Shown here in pieces: positions 24,915 through 37,969 of a stretch of DNA of 64,000 nt. Below the pieces are notes generated by a model. That model searched no databases and was not told the DNA's origin. It was given only the letters and a program-made list of their open reading frames with translations. The number at the start of each line of letters is the position of its first letter. The stretch's first letter is position 1. The position numbers and the translations under genes are program-made. The DNA is taken from contig OZ024758.1 in the NCBI GenBank assembly GCA_964016885.1, positions 5,580,001 through 5,644,000 on the forward strand, in the 5' to 3' direction. The stretch is from Eledone cirrhosa. Lineage: Eukaryota.

Positions 24915-25054
24915 ATATACATATATGCATACATATGCACACACACATACATCTATTCATACTCACACATTTTCAAATATACAAATTATTTCATTATATT
25001 AAATTTACCATTTAATGATTTCTGCATTTTTCCTTTGCCTTCACCCTTCCCCAG

Positions 25055-25146
25055 TTGTTAACCAGTCAGATGGAAATGTGTCAGGAATTGCTGACATGTA
25101 TGAAACTCTTGGACGATTCCTGAAAGATCTTGGATTACTAAGCCAA
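25055..25146 (+). CDS. NPHP3: NPHP3 coding exon 20
   Basis: [20 protein letters not shown]; donor CAA|GTAAAG. Confidence 0.94.
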
Positions 25147-26436
25147 GTAAAGTACCATTTAATTGCTTTTCTTCATTTTTCAATATTTGTAAGATTTAGG
25201 AATTCATAATGTTTATTAACTCCTATTTTTAACCCTTTAGCATTTAAACTGGCCGTATCCGACCAGAATTCTCTCACCTCTTTCTGTTCAAACTAGCTGT
25301 GATCAGCTGCTCATACTTATGTTAAGGTATTGTTCTCAAAATGTAGTCTGATTGTATTGCAGTACCAAAGAAATATGTTTAACCCTTTAGCATTTAAACT
25401 GGCTGTATTCAGCCAGAATTCTTTCACCTTTTTCTGTTCAAACTGGCTGTGATCAGCTCCTCATACTTATGTTAAGGTATTGTTCTCAAAATGTAGTCTG
25501 ATTGTATTGCAGTACGAAAGAAATATGTTTAACCCTTTAGCATTTAAACCGGCTGTATTCAGCCAGAATTCTTTCACCTTTTTCTGTTCAAACTGGCTGT
25601 GATCAGCTGCTCATACTAATGTTAAGTTATTGTTCTCAAAATAGATAATATCAAAATTTCATAGATTCGATATTATGTGAGATAATTATGTGAGGTAAAG
25701 CCTTTAGTGTGAATATATAATAGTATATATAGAGTAATGTAAATGCTAAAGGGTTAAATCTTGTTTAATTTATATAATTGGTTCTACTTATGGCACAAAG
25801 GCCAGATATTTGTAGATAACAAATGACAAATTTCTACAAAATTCATACTTGACGACCCAATAATATTTGTTTCCCATGAACAGTGAAAAAAAAAAAAAAT
25901 CTCATGATAAGTTTTGATTGGCAAATGTCCTCTTGTATATTTCAAATCACAGCATGAAGACTTTGTCATCTAATATTGTATTCTCAGTTTGTAGCCATTT
26001 CACTTGAAGAGCTTTACTAAAAGTACTTGTAGTCAAGTACTATAATGTTACAAATCTTATTTCTGCTTCAACTAATTTGACTAGTTCTAGCCACTTCTTG
26101 ATGAATGATATGTCCCTTTCGGTTATAGGAATACCACTCAACACTTCAACACTAAGTCATGCTCTAGTGTTTCTAGCCAGGGAAAGTCATATTAGGTGTG
26201 CTCATTGCTCACCTAGCTATACCCAAAGGGGGTGGGATGTTTATAATTGAGCCATTTGCTAATTTGATATGATAGTTCAAGAAAAAAATGGTTTATTTGT
26301 GTTGATGAGGAATTTGTTTCTGCTGCTGTTATGACGATAATTTGAGGATGTCTCAGAGTGCACTGTGTATTATATACCTATGTACCTATGTAAATACTGT
26401 AGGAAGATAGGGTTCAGATATACCTTTAAAACATTT

Positions 26437-27078
26437 TTAACCCTTTAGTTACCAACCCAGCCAGAACCAGTTCTGGTTCTATGAAATAAAACCATCCATT
26501 TTAAAGGTTTCCAATTTAAATTAAAATCTTTCAACATAATTTTGTATAACAACCTTACATTACTATCTTAGTAATGAAATAATTAATTATTTTAGTAAAT
26601 CTTTATTAATTCTTCATTAATTAATTGAAATAGAGTGTATTTCATTAGAAAAGCAGTCAGGAAAGGGTTAACCCTTTAACATTTAAACTGGCCATATCTG
26701 GCCAGAATTTTCTCTCCTCTTTCTGTTCAAATCAGACCTAACTAGCCACTCATACTGATATTAAGGTATTGTTCTCAAAATAAATAACATCAAAATCTCG
26801 TAGATTCGATATTATGTGAGATAATTATGTAAGATAAAGTGTTTACCACAAAAATACAATAGTATATAACGAGTAATGTATACAAATGGGTTAAATTAAA
26901 ATCTTCCAGCATAATTTTATATAAGAACATTAAAAGCGGACGTAAAATGATGATGATGATGATAAGTTATTATTTTAGTAATGAAATAATTAATAATTTC
27001 AGTAAATCCCTCAAAGTTCTTCATTAATTAATTAAAATAGAATGTATTTCATTAGAAATACAGCCATTAAAGGGTTAA
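26437..27078. mobile_element. Composite of two piggyBac-type MITE families joined at TTAA
   Basis: TTAACCCTTTAGTTACC...AAAGGGTTAACCCTTTAAC...GGGTTAA, then a repeat of the first MITE's 3' part; first family also at 27846-28084. Confidence 0.7.
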
Positions 27079-27533
27079 TTTCTGGCAACTAACATTTCTG
27101 AATCTAGTCATTTTTTATTTCATCCTCACATGTTATCTTGAACTTTTTATCCTAGACCGTTCTACAAAGGTAAACTGAATAGTTTATAGGTTGACCAAGA
27201 TACTCTCATGGAATGACCAAATGAGGTTTATTTTTCAACATAGTCCCTGGAAAGAAACAATACAGTTATTAATAAGAAGAGTTGAAATTAATGCATGCAA
27301 GATTTCACAGCTCTAACATCACTCTTTCATAGTCAGTTTATGAACTTTTCAGCCAACCCCTCGTATTTTTACACTACAGATTAAGATATTTGAAGTCAAA
27401 GATAGGATTTCAATAGTTCACCTTGTGGTCAATAGAGTTAGGGTTTCTATTGCTGGATGCCCTTCCTAACACCTATGCATATATATATATATATATATAC
27501 ATTATCACACTTTCTATTTTTATATCATTTCAG

Positions 27534-27775
27534 GCCCTCCCTGCCCTACAACGGTCATTAGAGATCCGTGAGACTGGTCTTGATCCAGATCATCCAGCTG
27601 TTGCTCGGTCTCTGCACCAACTAGCAGGTCTTCATGCCCAGTGGGGTAAAGTGAGTACTGCCGAGACCCTTTATAAGCAGGCTCTTGACATCTATGAAAA
27701 TGCCCTCGGATCTGAGCATTATTTGGTTGCCAAAGAACTTGATGCTTTAGCAGTGCTCTACCAGAAACAGGACAA
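27534..27775 (+). CDS. NPHP3: NPHP3 coding exon 21 (TPR)
   Basis: [21 protein letters not shown]...LYQKQD; donor AA|GTAATT. Confidence 0.95.
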
Positions 27776-29604
27776 GTAATTATATTTTCTTCATACTATC
27801 AATATTAAATTAGCCTCATGTCCTTAAATGTTGTTTTTCTTTTCTTAACCCTTTCATTACCAGCCCAGCCAAAACCAGCTCTGGTTCTATGAAATAAAGT
27901 CATCCATTTTAAAGGCTTCTAATTTAAATTAAAATATTCCAACATAAGTTTATATAAGAGCCTTACATTAAGTTACTATCTTAGTAATGAAATCATTAAT
28001 AATTTTAGTAAATCCCTCAAAATCTTTCATTAATTAATTGAAATAGAGTGTATTTCATTAGAAATACAGTCATGAAAAGGTTCAATGTAATTTCTTTCTT
28101 TTATTTTCTTTCTATTTTTTAAATGTTTTATCAGGTTTTTTTTCATATTATCATTGACATTACCATAATTTTATTTATGTATTTTTTTTAGATAACTTTC
28201 CTTGCGTTGATAAATAAGGGAGTCTAAGTTACATGACTTTCTCTCCTTGTTATTGTGTTGCCTCTATCGGCTTTGACTAAGCTAAAAAAAAAACAAAGCC
28301 TGATCTCAAGCCTTGAGGCTCATCAGCCTGATGCTTATTCCAGCTTTTGTGATATTGACCCTTTAGTATTTAAACCAGTTATATCTGGCTGGAACACTCT
28401 CACCTCTTTCTGTCCAAACCAGCTGTAACTGGCCACTCATAACTACACTAAGGTATTGTTCTCAAAATAAATAATATCAAAATCTCGTAGATGGGTGTCC
28501 ATCTGCTGATATTTAGCCATTTAGATATTAGAGGCTTGTTGGGTATTTAAACTGTTTGGAGATTTTTTAACAGGATCTAGCTGGAACTCCTCTCCGTTGC
28601 CTCTGCTTTCAACCTATATTTAGATGTTTGGAAAAATAATTGTTTCTACTTCTGGCACAAGGTCAGGAATTATCCCAGTGTATTACTGGTACTTTATTTC
28701 ATTGGAAAAAATAATATTGGTAGTCATAGTAATGGGGAGATGCCAAGAGTGTCACTGTCACTACCAACACTATAACCATGACTTACTCAGAGGAATTTAT
28801 TAAAATAACTAAGTTTTTCATTAGTAAGTTGATATTTAGAACATTATTTAACAAATATTTCTTAAATAAAATTATAACGGAAAGAATTAATGTGTAAACT
28901 TAACTACTTTGTATCAAACATGTTGGGAGGTTTTAGTAGGTTTGGTATCATAGTAAAAGAAGACATGTGGCCCATGTAAATGCTAAAGGGTTAAGCAAAT
29001 GTCACCCTCCCTCTTATTCCACCCCCACCCCCTATTATTTGGGACCCGTGAATAGTTGTGTACATAATAAGCATGCTTATGTTTGTTAATATGACAGATG
29101 AGCATGTAGTTATAATTGTGTATGTCATATATATCTAGCAAGGGTGGTGGGGGAGGGGGAGGTGGGGTGGTCCTGGTATGTATTAGCCAGGCTCTTGTCT
29201 CTGTTAAACTCATTCTGGCTCTAGTAGACTATTTACTTATTCTATTGCTGCATTGCTAAACATTCTCTGTCTTTCTTCAAAATGGTATTTGTGATTTGAG
29301 TGTTGTTGGTGTACCTCTTGCAGATTATATATTTGGCTGGTGCCAAAAATATTTGTTTTCGTATATTTCCTTGCACAGTGACGGTAATGGGGGCAATGGA
29401 TGGAGGGGGTATGATTTGTCAAATGGTTGTGTGCTGGGTAACATTGTTGTTGTTGTCACCTTCACTGTAGCTAGCCAGTCGGGCTCAGTGCCATAGAAAC
29501 TTATCAGTCTGATAAACATATCAAGAGAGGTTTAAAATAGTCATTTGCTCTACACACCATAGCAGCCACACATATCATCATCATCATCACATATCTCTTT
29601 CAAT

Positions 29605-29640
<36 letters not shown>

Positions 29641-29651
29641 TTAATATAGAA

Positions 29652-29704
29652 ATGGCTTCTACAGGACTAGAACTGTTTCATTCGAAAGAAATCATCAGGA
29701 GACT
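29652..29704 (-). ncRNA. Degenerate type I hammerhead candidate
   Basis: Minus strand reads GTCTC-CTGATGA-TTTCTTTCGAAT-GAAA-CAG-TTCTAGTC-CTG-TA-GAAGC; stem III intact, stem I has one mismatch. Confidence 0.45.
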
Positions 29705-29774
29705 TGATGTTTACTCTCTATTAATGCATTGACTACCTTATTTACTGTGGTTACTCCTGATTGAACCCAGAACT

Positions 29775-29851
<77 letters not shown>

Positions 29852-30213
29852 ACACATATATAATTAAAAAATCGATTGATATATATATATAAATAAATAT
29901 ATCAAACATTAACAGGAGATATGTAAAGTAATATGTAAAGAATGTAAGAACATATAGTTACAAAAGATAGCATATTAATGTTTAACCCAAACTTCATCTA
30001 TAGATCCCTGGTTTGATACATTTATTTATATATATGTCAATGGATCTTCTAATTTTATAATAAATGCTCCGATTTATTCCTTGGTATCTTTCTTTGAGCT
30101 ACTTCTACAGGTGATATGGTGCATGTTTGAGATTTTCTCAGACATGACATCTATATATAGCTGTCGAAATGGCCGGAGCTCAGCCGTCGGGGTCCTGACT
30201 CTTTTCCTATATA

Positions 30214-30404
30214 TGAAGGAAGACGTGGTAGAGGAAGACCACGAAAAACATGGGCGGAGGTGGTGAGAAGAGACCTCAGATCGCTGAAGCTCACAGAGGA
30301 GATGACGAAGGACCGTGACAAGTGGAGAGATGCTGTGTTGAATAAGACCCGTCCCACCCTTGCAAGCAGGGAAAAGCGGACGTAAAATGATGATGATGAT
30401 GATG
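30214..30404 (+). mobile_element. RTE-clade LINE 3' fragment, same family as 11288-11606
   Basis: EGRRGRGRPRKTWAEVVRRDL...; identical 3' tail and (ATG)n. Confidence 0.8.
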
Positions 30405-30555
30405 TATGTGTGTAGATATTAATAGATCTAAAGTTAAAGTTGGTTACTTCATAAGAAACTAATGTTATATCAGTAAACTTCTAGTGTAAATATTTACACC
30501 AATAATATAAGTTAACTTAACCTTATATATTGAGAATACTATTTTTATTTTTCAG

Positions 30556-30631
30556 GCATGATCTTGCTGAACCCTTGAAGAGACGAGCTCTCCTAATCAA
30601 AAAGAAGACACGTGGTCCAAGGATTAGTACA
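30556..30631 (+). CDS. NPHP3: NPHP3 coding exon 22
   Basis: HDLAEPLKRRALLIKKKTRGPRIST; donor ACA|GTAAGT. Confidence 0.88.
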
Positions 30632-31140
30632 GTAAGTAAGGGAGCATCTTGGGCAAGGGTTGTTTATTATAGCCTCAGGTCAACTTAGTCTTCTGAGTGA
30701 AATTAGAGCAATGGAAACTGTTTAAAAACCTGTCAGAAAGATTGTTCCTATAATTCAAAGGGCCCAGCCCTTTTACACACTGTACCACACTAAGAATTAC
30801 AAGGGTTGCTTGAAATGTTCATAGGCTGACTATGAAGGAGTGATGCTAGAGCTGTGAAATCTTGCATGTATTGATTTCAATTCTTCTTATTAATAACTGC
30901 ATTGTTTCTTTCCAAGGACTATGTTGAAAAACCTCATTTGGTCATTCCATGAGAGTATCTTGCTTAGGCCATGAACTTCTCAACTGACCCTCATATAATT
31001 CAGTGGGTCAACCTTGTCACGCAGTGTGCCACACTGAATCACCTTGATACTTATGTTAAGGGTACACGTGTCTGTGGAATACTCAGCTGCTTATACTTTA
31101 ATTTCATGAACTGGTTCTCCTGTTGATCAAACAACTTGGG

Positions 31141-31350
31141 GTTGACCAGGGGCTAAATAACAAGCCAGAAGATTTTGATCATAGTTTAACTTGCTCCGTG
31201 TTGACCAGAGGCTAAACAACAAACCAGAAGATTTTGATCATAGTTTAACTTGCTTATGGTTGGCCTGGGGCTAAATAACAGGCCAGAAGATTTTGATCAC
31301 AGTGCAACCTGCTTGGGATTGACCTGGGGTTAAATAACAAGCTAGAAGAT
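31141..31350. repeat. About 59-bp tandem repeat, 3.5 units
   Basis: GTTGACCAGGGGCTAAATAACAAGCCAGAAGATTTTGATCA recurring. Confidence 0.8.
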
Positions 31351-31581
31351 TCACACTGGAAACTGAGTCAATGACTAGCATGTGTGTGTGTGTGCGTGTG
31401 CATGTGTATGTACGTGTGTGTTGTGTGTGTGTGTGTGCACATGTCATCATCATCATCATCATCATCGTTTAACGTCCATCTTCCACGCTTGCATGGGTTT
31501 GGACGGGAATTTTCCCACTTGAGGCAATGTATGTTTGTATATATGTATCAATGTATACCATTGTTGTATTTTATCATTCAG

Positions 31582-31721
31582 GGTCAAATCCGGGGCATTG
31601 ACCCCATGGTCCAGCGCCGAGCCCTTCGTCTAGAGGAACTTTCCATGGGACCTGATTCAGCTGACCTTGCCCACACTCTTAATGAACTTGGGGTTCTCTA
31701 CTATTTACAGAACAATCAAGA
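31582..31721 (+). CDS. NPHP3: NPHP3 coding exon 23 (TPR)
   Basis: GQIRG...[15 protein letters not shown]...[14 protein letters not shown]; donor GA|GTAAGC. Confidence 0.94.
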
Positions 31722-31758
31722 GTAAGCTGACAAACTTATCATTCACTTCATGTACTTG

Positions 31759-32645
31759 TATATGTATATATTTATCTGTATATAGCTATATGTGTGTATA
31801 TATTTATATGTATGTATGTGTATATATTTATATGTGTGTATATGTATATATTTATCTGTATATAGCTATATGTGTGTATATATTTATATGTATGTATATG
31901 TATATATTTATATGTATGTATATGTATATATTTATATGTGTGTATATGTATATATTTATATGTGTCTATATGTATATATTTATATGTATGTATATGTATA
32001 TATTTATATGTGTGTATATATTTATATGTGTGTATATGTATATATTTATCTGTATATAGCTATATGTGTGTATATATTTATATGTATGTATATGTATATA
32101 TTTATATGTATGTATATGTATATATTTATATGTGTGTATATGTATATATTTATATGTGTCTATATGTATATATTTATATGTATGTATATGTATATATTTA
32201 TATGTGTGTATATATTTATATGTGTGTATATGTATATATTTATCTGTATATAGCTATATGTGTGTATATATTTATATGTATGTATATGTATATATTTATA
32301 TGTGTGTATATGTATATATTTATATGTCTATATGTATATATTTATATGTATGTATATGTATATATTTATATGTGTGTATATATTTATATGTGTGTATATG
32401 TATATATTTATCTGTATATAGCTATATGTGTGTATATATTTATATGTGTGTATATATTTATGTCTGTATATATTTATATGTGTGTATATATTTATATGTG
32501 TGTATATGTATATATTTATGTGTGTATCTATATGTATATAGCTATGTGTATATAGCTGTATGTCTGTATCTATATGTATATAGCTATATGTGTGTATGTG
32601 TATATCTATATGTGTGTATGTGTTTGTATGTATGTATGTGTGTGT
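31759..32645. repeat. Compound TA/TG satellite with long-period units
   Basis: Recurring TATCTGTATATAGCTATATGTGTG blocks. Confidence 0.9.
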
Positions 32646-33069
32646 GAGTGAGAGAGCGCATAATTGTGATTGCTCTGTTAATCATCATCATGGACATCAT
32701 CATCATTATTATCATCACCACCATCACCACCATCATCATTATCATCATCACCACCATCACCATCATCATCATTATCAGCATCACCATTGTCATCATCACC
32801 ATCATCCTCCACCATCATCCTCCACCATCATCATAATCATCACCACCATCATTATCACATCCACCACCATCACCATCACCAACATCATCATCACCATCAT
32901 ATTCATCCTTATTTCTATTAGGTCCTTAAATATAAAATGTCCGATTACATTATGCACTTTCAATATGAAATCGGACATTTCATACTTAATGACCTGATAA
33001 CATATTCATTTTTCTTGACAACATTTTGTTTATTTCTTCATTTATTTTATTTGTGTTTTTGTTGTGTAG

Positions 33070-33241
33070 AATTGCTGAGTCTTTCCTGAAAAAGTCTCTG
33101 GAGATGCGCGAGACTCTGCTTGGTTCGGACCATCCAGACATTGCTCAGTCACTGAACAACCTAGCAGCTCTGTATAATGACCAGAAGCAGTGTGAGAAGG
33201 CCATTCCTCTCTATGAACGTGCACTTCACATCCGCATGAAG
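33070..33241 (+). CDS. NPHP3: NPHP3 coding exon 24 (TPR)
   Basis: [35 protein letters not shown]...HIRMK; donor AAG|GTCAGT. Confidence 0.95.
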
Positions 33242-34163
33242 GTCAGTAACACATCACACGTTTACTCCTTTCACTTGAAGAAGCTGATAAGAAAACCTCT
33301 AGACATAGCAGTTTAATATACCTTAACCCTTAACCAGAATTCTCTCACCTCTTTCTGTCCAAACTGGCCATCACCAGTTGCTCATACTTATTTTAAGGTA
33401 TTGTTCTTAAAAGAAATAATATCAAAATCTCATAGATTCGATATTATGTGAGATAAAACTTTAACACAAAAATACAATAGTATATATAGAGTAATGGAAA
33501 TGTTATGTGAGGTATTATGTGAGGTAAAGCCTTTACTGTGAAAATACAATAGTATATATAGAGTAATGGAAATATTATGTGAGGTATTATGTGAGGTAAA
33601 GCCTTTACTGGGAAAATACAATAGTATATATAGAGTAATGGAAATGTTCTGCGAGATATTATGTGAGGTAAAGCCTTTACTGTGACAATACAATAGTATA
33701 TATAGAGTAATGGAAATGTTCTGCGAGATATTATGTGAGGTAAAGCCTTTACTGTGAAAATATAATAGTATATATAGAGTAATATAAATGCTAAAGGGTT
33801 AAACAAATTCATAAAATCTTTAAGGACAGCCGGGATAATGTAGTTTGGTGTTCAGTCATTACTGAAAATAAGATGAAATGATCATTGTTAGGATATCTTA
33901 ATTACCTAACCAGGACTGTTTTGGAGATAAACAATACCTAAATGAGGTTTGGATTTTTGCCCTTTTCTCAGACATAAAATAGTGGGGGGTCGGCTTATAT
34001 TTGTATCAGCTTATATTCTAGTATATACGGTATGTTTTTATATAGCAAGTGAAAAGTTATGTTTAGTAATGTGGTTTATATATTTATTAACATGAATTTC
34101 TTTATTTCTCTCTGTGTTAATTGGTGCCAAGATGGCTGACTTGTTTCTTTGTTTCTGTTGCAG

Positions 34164-34229
34164 TATTTACCTGATCATCCAAGTGTTGCTTCTATCAATA
34201 AACATCTTGCTGTTCTTTACAAAAAGCTT
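34164..34229 (+). CDS. NPHP3: NPHP3 coding exon 25 (TPR)
   Basis: YLPDHPSVASINKHLAVLYKKL; donor CTT|GTAAGT. Confidence 0.9.
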
Positions 34230-35159
34230 GTAAGTACTTTACATAAAACCTGTGTAGGGGGTAATTATAACTGAAGGCATGTAGCTTAGTGGTTAGAATG
34301 TCTGGCTCATGATCATAAGATCTTGGGTTTGATTTCCAGATGAGGTGGCACATTGTTTCCTTCAACAAGGCACTTGATTTCACCTTGCTGGCAAAAATTG
34401 ATTTTTACCTGTAATTCAAGGAATCAGCCTTGTCACACATTGTGTCATTCTGAATCTCCCTGAGAACTATTTTAAGAATGTATGTGTTTGTAGAATGTTC
34501 AGCCACGTACACATTCATTCCCTGAACAGACAGCTCCATTGATAAAATCAACAGGAGAACCTGTCTGAAATGACAGAGGTCCTATTACAAAAGGTGAATA
34601 TAACCAACATGTGTGTCTGTATGTTTGTAGCTGAAGAATTGTCTGTGGAATATGTGAGAAACGGTTAAATAGCAGATGAACTTTTATAATAATTTGAGAT
34701 GAAGAAATAGCTGGCATTCTCTTATGTAATCAATAATGTTGTCACACTGCAAGAAACAGATACATCATTTATATGGCCATAGTGCTAGTGATTTACACAA
34801 TAAAAGCATCCAGTACAAGCTGTAAAGTGGTTGGTGTTAGGAAGGGCATCCAGCCATAGAAAGCTTGACATACAAAGGGTTGAGAGGATACTACAACTTC
34901 TCTTCTGCACTACGTAAGCAGGATACAGACTGCTTGGGCTGTCTGGGACATCAGCGCCTCCACTTCAGTACTGACTTGGTCTATGTAGACCCATCCAACC
35001 CTTGTTAGCAGAGAAAGTGGACGTTAAATGATGATAATGAAGATGAAGAGTCTAATGACTATAACAGTAAAAGAATAAAAGAATGCAGTTATCTATGTAC
35101 ATATACTGACAATGTGGCAATACTTAGTAAACATTGTTATTCTTTTTTCAAATTTCCAG

Positions 35160-35285
35160 GGTCAATATGGTCTTGCTGAACCACTTTATAAACAGGCAGT
35201 AGATATTCGTGAGAGATCCTTTGGTAAAAGCCATCCTGCAGTTGCTACAGCATTGGTAAATCTTGCAGTCCTATATTCTCAACAG
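35160..35285 (+). CDS. NPHP3: NPHP3 coding exon 26 (TPR)
   Basis: [42 protein letters not shown]; donor CAG|GTAAAA. Confidence 0.95.
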
Positions 35286-35615
35286 GTAAAACATTTTACT
35301 TTATTCAGAACAGAGCTCCTATCCTAATGTTTCAACTAAAACAGAACAGAAATCCCCTGTAGATCTTTTCCTTGCCCCACCAAGCAGGAACCTAAATCCA
35401 CCTCATCATAATGCCTGCTGAGAATAATGAATGTTTTCTGTTTCCACATACATGTTAACCTTTTTCTGTGTCAACCCATAATGTCTATACATTAGTACAT
35501 TTGTAGGGGCATCTCTTAGCTCTTTCAATAACTCCCAGGAGGCTTGGATAAAGTGACTTTTTGCTCCCTTCCCTCATAAAAAATGTCTTTATTCTCAAGG
35601 ATGATTCCTAAGTTA

Positions 35616-35683
<68 letters not shown>

Positions 35684-35841
35684 CATCATCATCATCATCG
35701 ATTAACGTCTATCTTCCACGCTAGCATGGGTTAGACAGGTTTGTCCCATTTAGAGGCAAGTTGGGTCCGGTGACTGTGTCTCGCTCATATAGTAGTGTTT
35801 CTGGATGGTTTTCTACGGCTGGATGTCTTTTACACATCCAC

Positions 35842-35913
<72 letters not shown>

Positions 35914-35989
35914 CAGGTGTGGATTTATATTATTTTCATCCTGAAACAATTTAAAAACCCTGACCAAAATGTGTTTTATAATGTTGCAG

Positions 35990-36115
35990 AATAAGTACGA
36001 AGATGCTGAACCTCTGTATGAACGAGCTCTGAAGATTTATGAAGATAGTTTTGGTCAACATCATCCTAGGGTGGCTGAAACATTGAGAAACTTGGCTGTT
36101 ATGAAATTTAACCAG
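35990..36115 (+). CDS. NPHP3: NPHP3 coding exon 27 (TPR)
   Basis: [42 protein letters not shown]; donor CAG|GTAAGA. Confidence 0.95.
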
Positions 36116-37279
36116 GTAAGAAGCAATGTTGTAAAACAATATATATTTTATTTTTCATATAGCTTGGTCAAAATGGGGTTCTTCTGAAGGGTCTTTGGAA
36201 TAATATTACATGATAGAATTCATAGCTCAGAAATCAGAAAGTCATTACAGGGAGAGCTGCTGCTTCTCTGAATTAAGAGATCAGACATGTAGTTAGAATG
36301 TTTTAAGAAAAAACTGCTGGACAGATTTTACGGGCAACGCCAACTGGCAGGAGACTCAGAGGTAGATTTCAAACAACATGGTTGAATACCATTGATGAGC
36401 TCAGCTAGTCTCTCTTGGTTTTCCCTGCTGGATCAATTGGATATGTTTACTTCTGGCAGGCCCCAAATGAAGACTCTGCCCCTGTGACCCTCCCAGGAAT
36501 AAGTTGGCAAAGAAAAAGCTGAAGATAGTGGACCAACAATAAGAGATTTCAGACTATTTCCTCTGTAAAAACAGGGGCTAACCTTGCAGGTTTCACGACA
36601 GACTTCATATTGATCATGAAAGGCAATGTTTTACAATCATATGTCCTTCTTAACACTAATCCTTTTAGTCACTTCATATGACACAGGTTTGTTGTAACTA
36701 TTTGAAACCAGATGTACACAAATTTGATGGCAGTGAAGTAAAACTCTAACTTATTCTCCATAGTTTTATGTGTAATAAATTATTATTTAAATATAAAATC
36801 AAATCATTATGTATTATATTATGTGGATTTTTTGTAAATCACTTGATAAGTTGAATTGTAAAATTCATAAGAGTCAACATACAGAATATATTCAGAAAAC
36901 TTTTAGTGGAGAGACAGGACATGTTTGTTTTCCTTTAGCACCAAATCAATCTTAATAAAACTGACCTATGGCCAAAGACATTTCAATCTTGACCATTCTA
37001 TCATTTTAGGACATCTTTTTGTATCCAATTGGTGTTTGCCAAAAGTTGCTGTCTTTGTGGCAAAATTAGAGACCATTATAGTACATTTTATTAACTCCTC
37101 AACCAATTGCTGATCTTGTGCCTAAACCAGAAACCATTATTATTATTAACTTTGCCTTTCATCCTTACGGGGTCGATAAAATAAAGTACCAGTAATGTAC
37201 TGAGTAATTGCTGGCCTTGTGCTAAAAGTAGAAACAATTATTATTATTATTACTATCATTGTTATTTTTGTGTGTTATC

Positions 37280-37572
37280 ACTGCATTACTGAGCACAGCT
37301 CTGTGAGCCTTGGGTATGTGCAGTGTAGTTTTTGGTGGTGTTGTTTCTATTATATTGAGAGTACTCTTCGTAATATGTGCGCGGTGCCTAGTAGTGCTAT
37401 CTTCTGTATGATGTATAATATTTGTAAGTCCTGGGGTTTTGACTTTGTATTTGTCTGTGTGTGTGTTTTGTTTTTTATCATTCCTAGAGCACCTATTATT
37501 ATAGGTATTGTTTCTGTTTTCATTTTCAGCATTCGAGTTATTTCTATCTCTAGATCTTTATATTTGGAGAGT
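37280..37572 (-). mobile_element. R4/Dong-like non-LTR retrotransposon 3' fragment
   Basis: KTETIPIIIGALG...IQKIALLGTAHILRRVL, typical C-terminus of RLE-type R4-clade elements; (TAA)n-like sequence on both sides. Confidence 0.75.
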
Positions 37573-37819
37573 TTCTCTATTCTTTTGGAAGATATATTGT
37601 CGTTTGTCGTTTCTTTTCTTTATGGTCTTTGGCTATAATTATTATCATCATTATTATGATTATTTACTTGTCACACAGCATTTGTTGCTGGTGACGTAAT
37701 TCCGGTGCCAGAGATGTTGAAACTAAATACTGATATGTATATAATCATATGTTCTACTGTGTCTAACACTGCTTCACTTTTCATTATTGTTATTTACTGC
37801 AATCTCTTTCTTTTTACAG

Positions 37820-37969
37820 GAGGATTATAAAACTGCAGCACGGTTATATAAGAGGGCCACTGAAATCAAAGAGACTGAAGCCAGCTACACAGGAAAAGAC
37901 TTCTCTCGTTGCAGCTCTGGGGGAGACACGAATTCAACCGTGAAAAACAGTGAGAGAACTGTAGGCTAG
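37820..37969 (+). CDS. NPHP3: NPHP3 terminal coding exon 28
   Basis: EDYKTAARLYKRATEIKE...SRCSSGGDTNSTVK...TAG. Confidence 0.94.
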   Translation, partial: EDYKTAARLYKRATEIKETEASYTGKDFSRCSSGGDTNSTVKNSERTVG

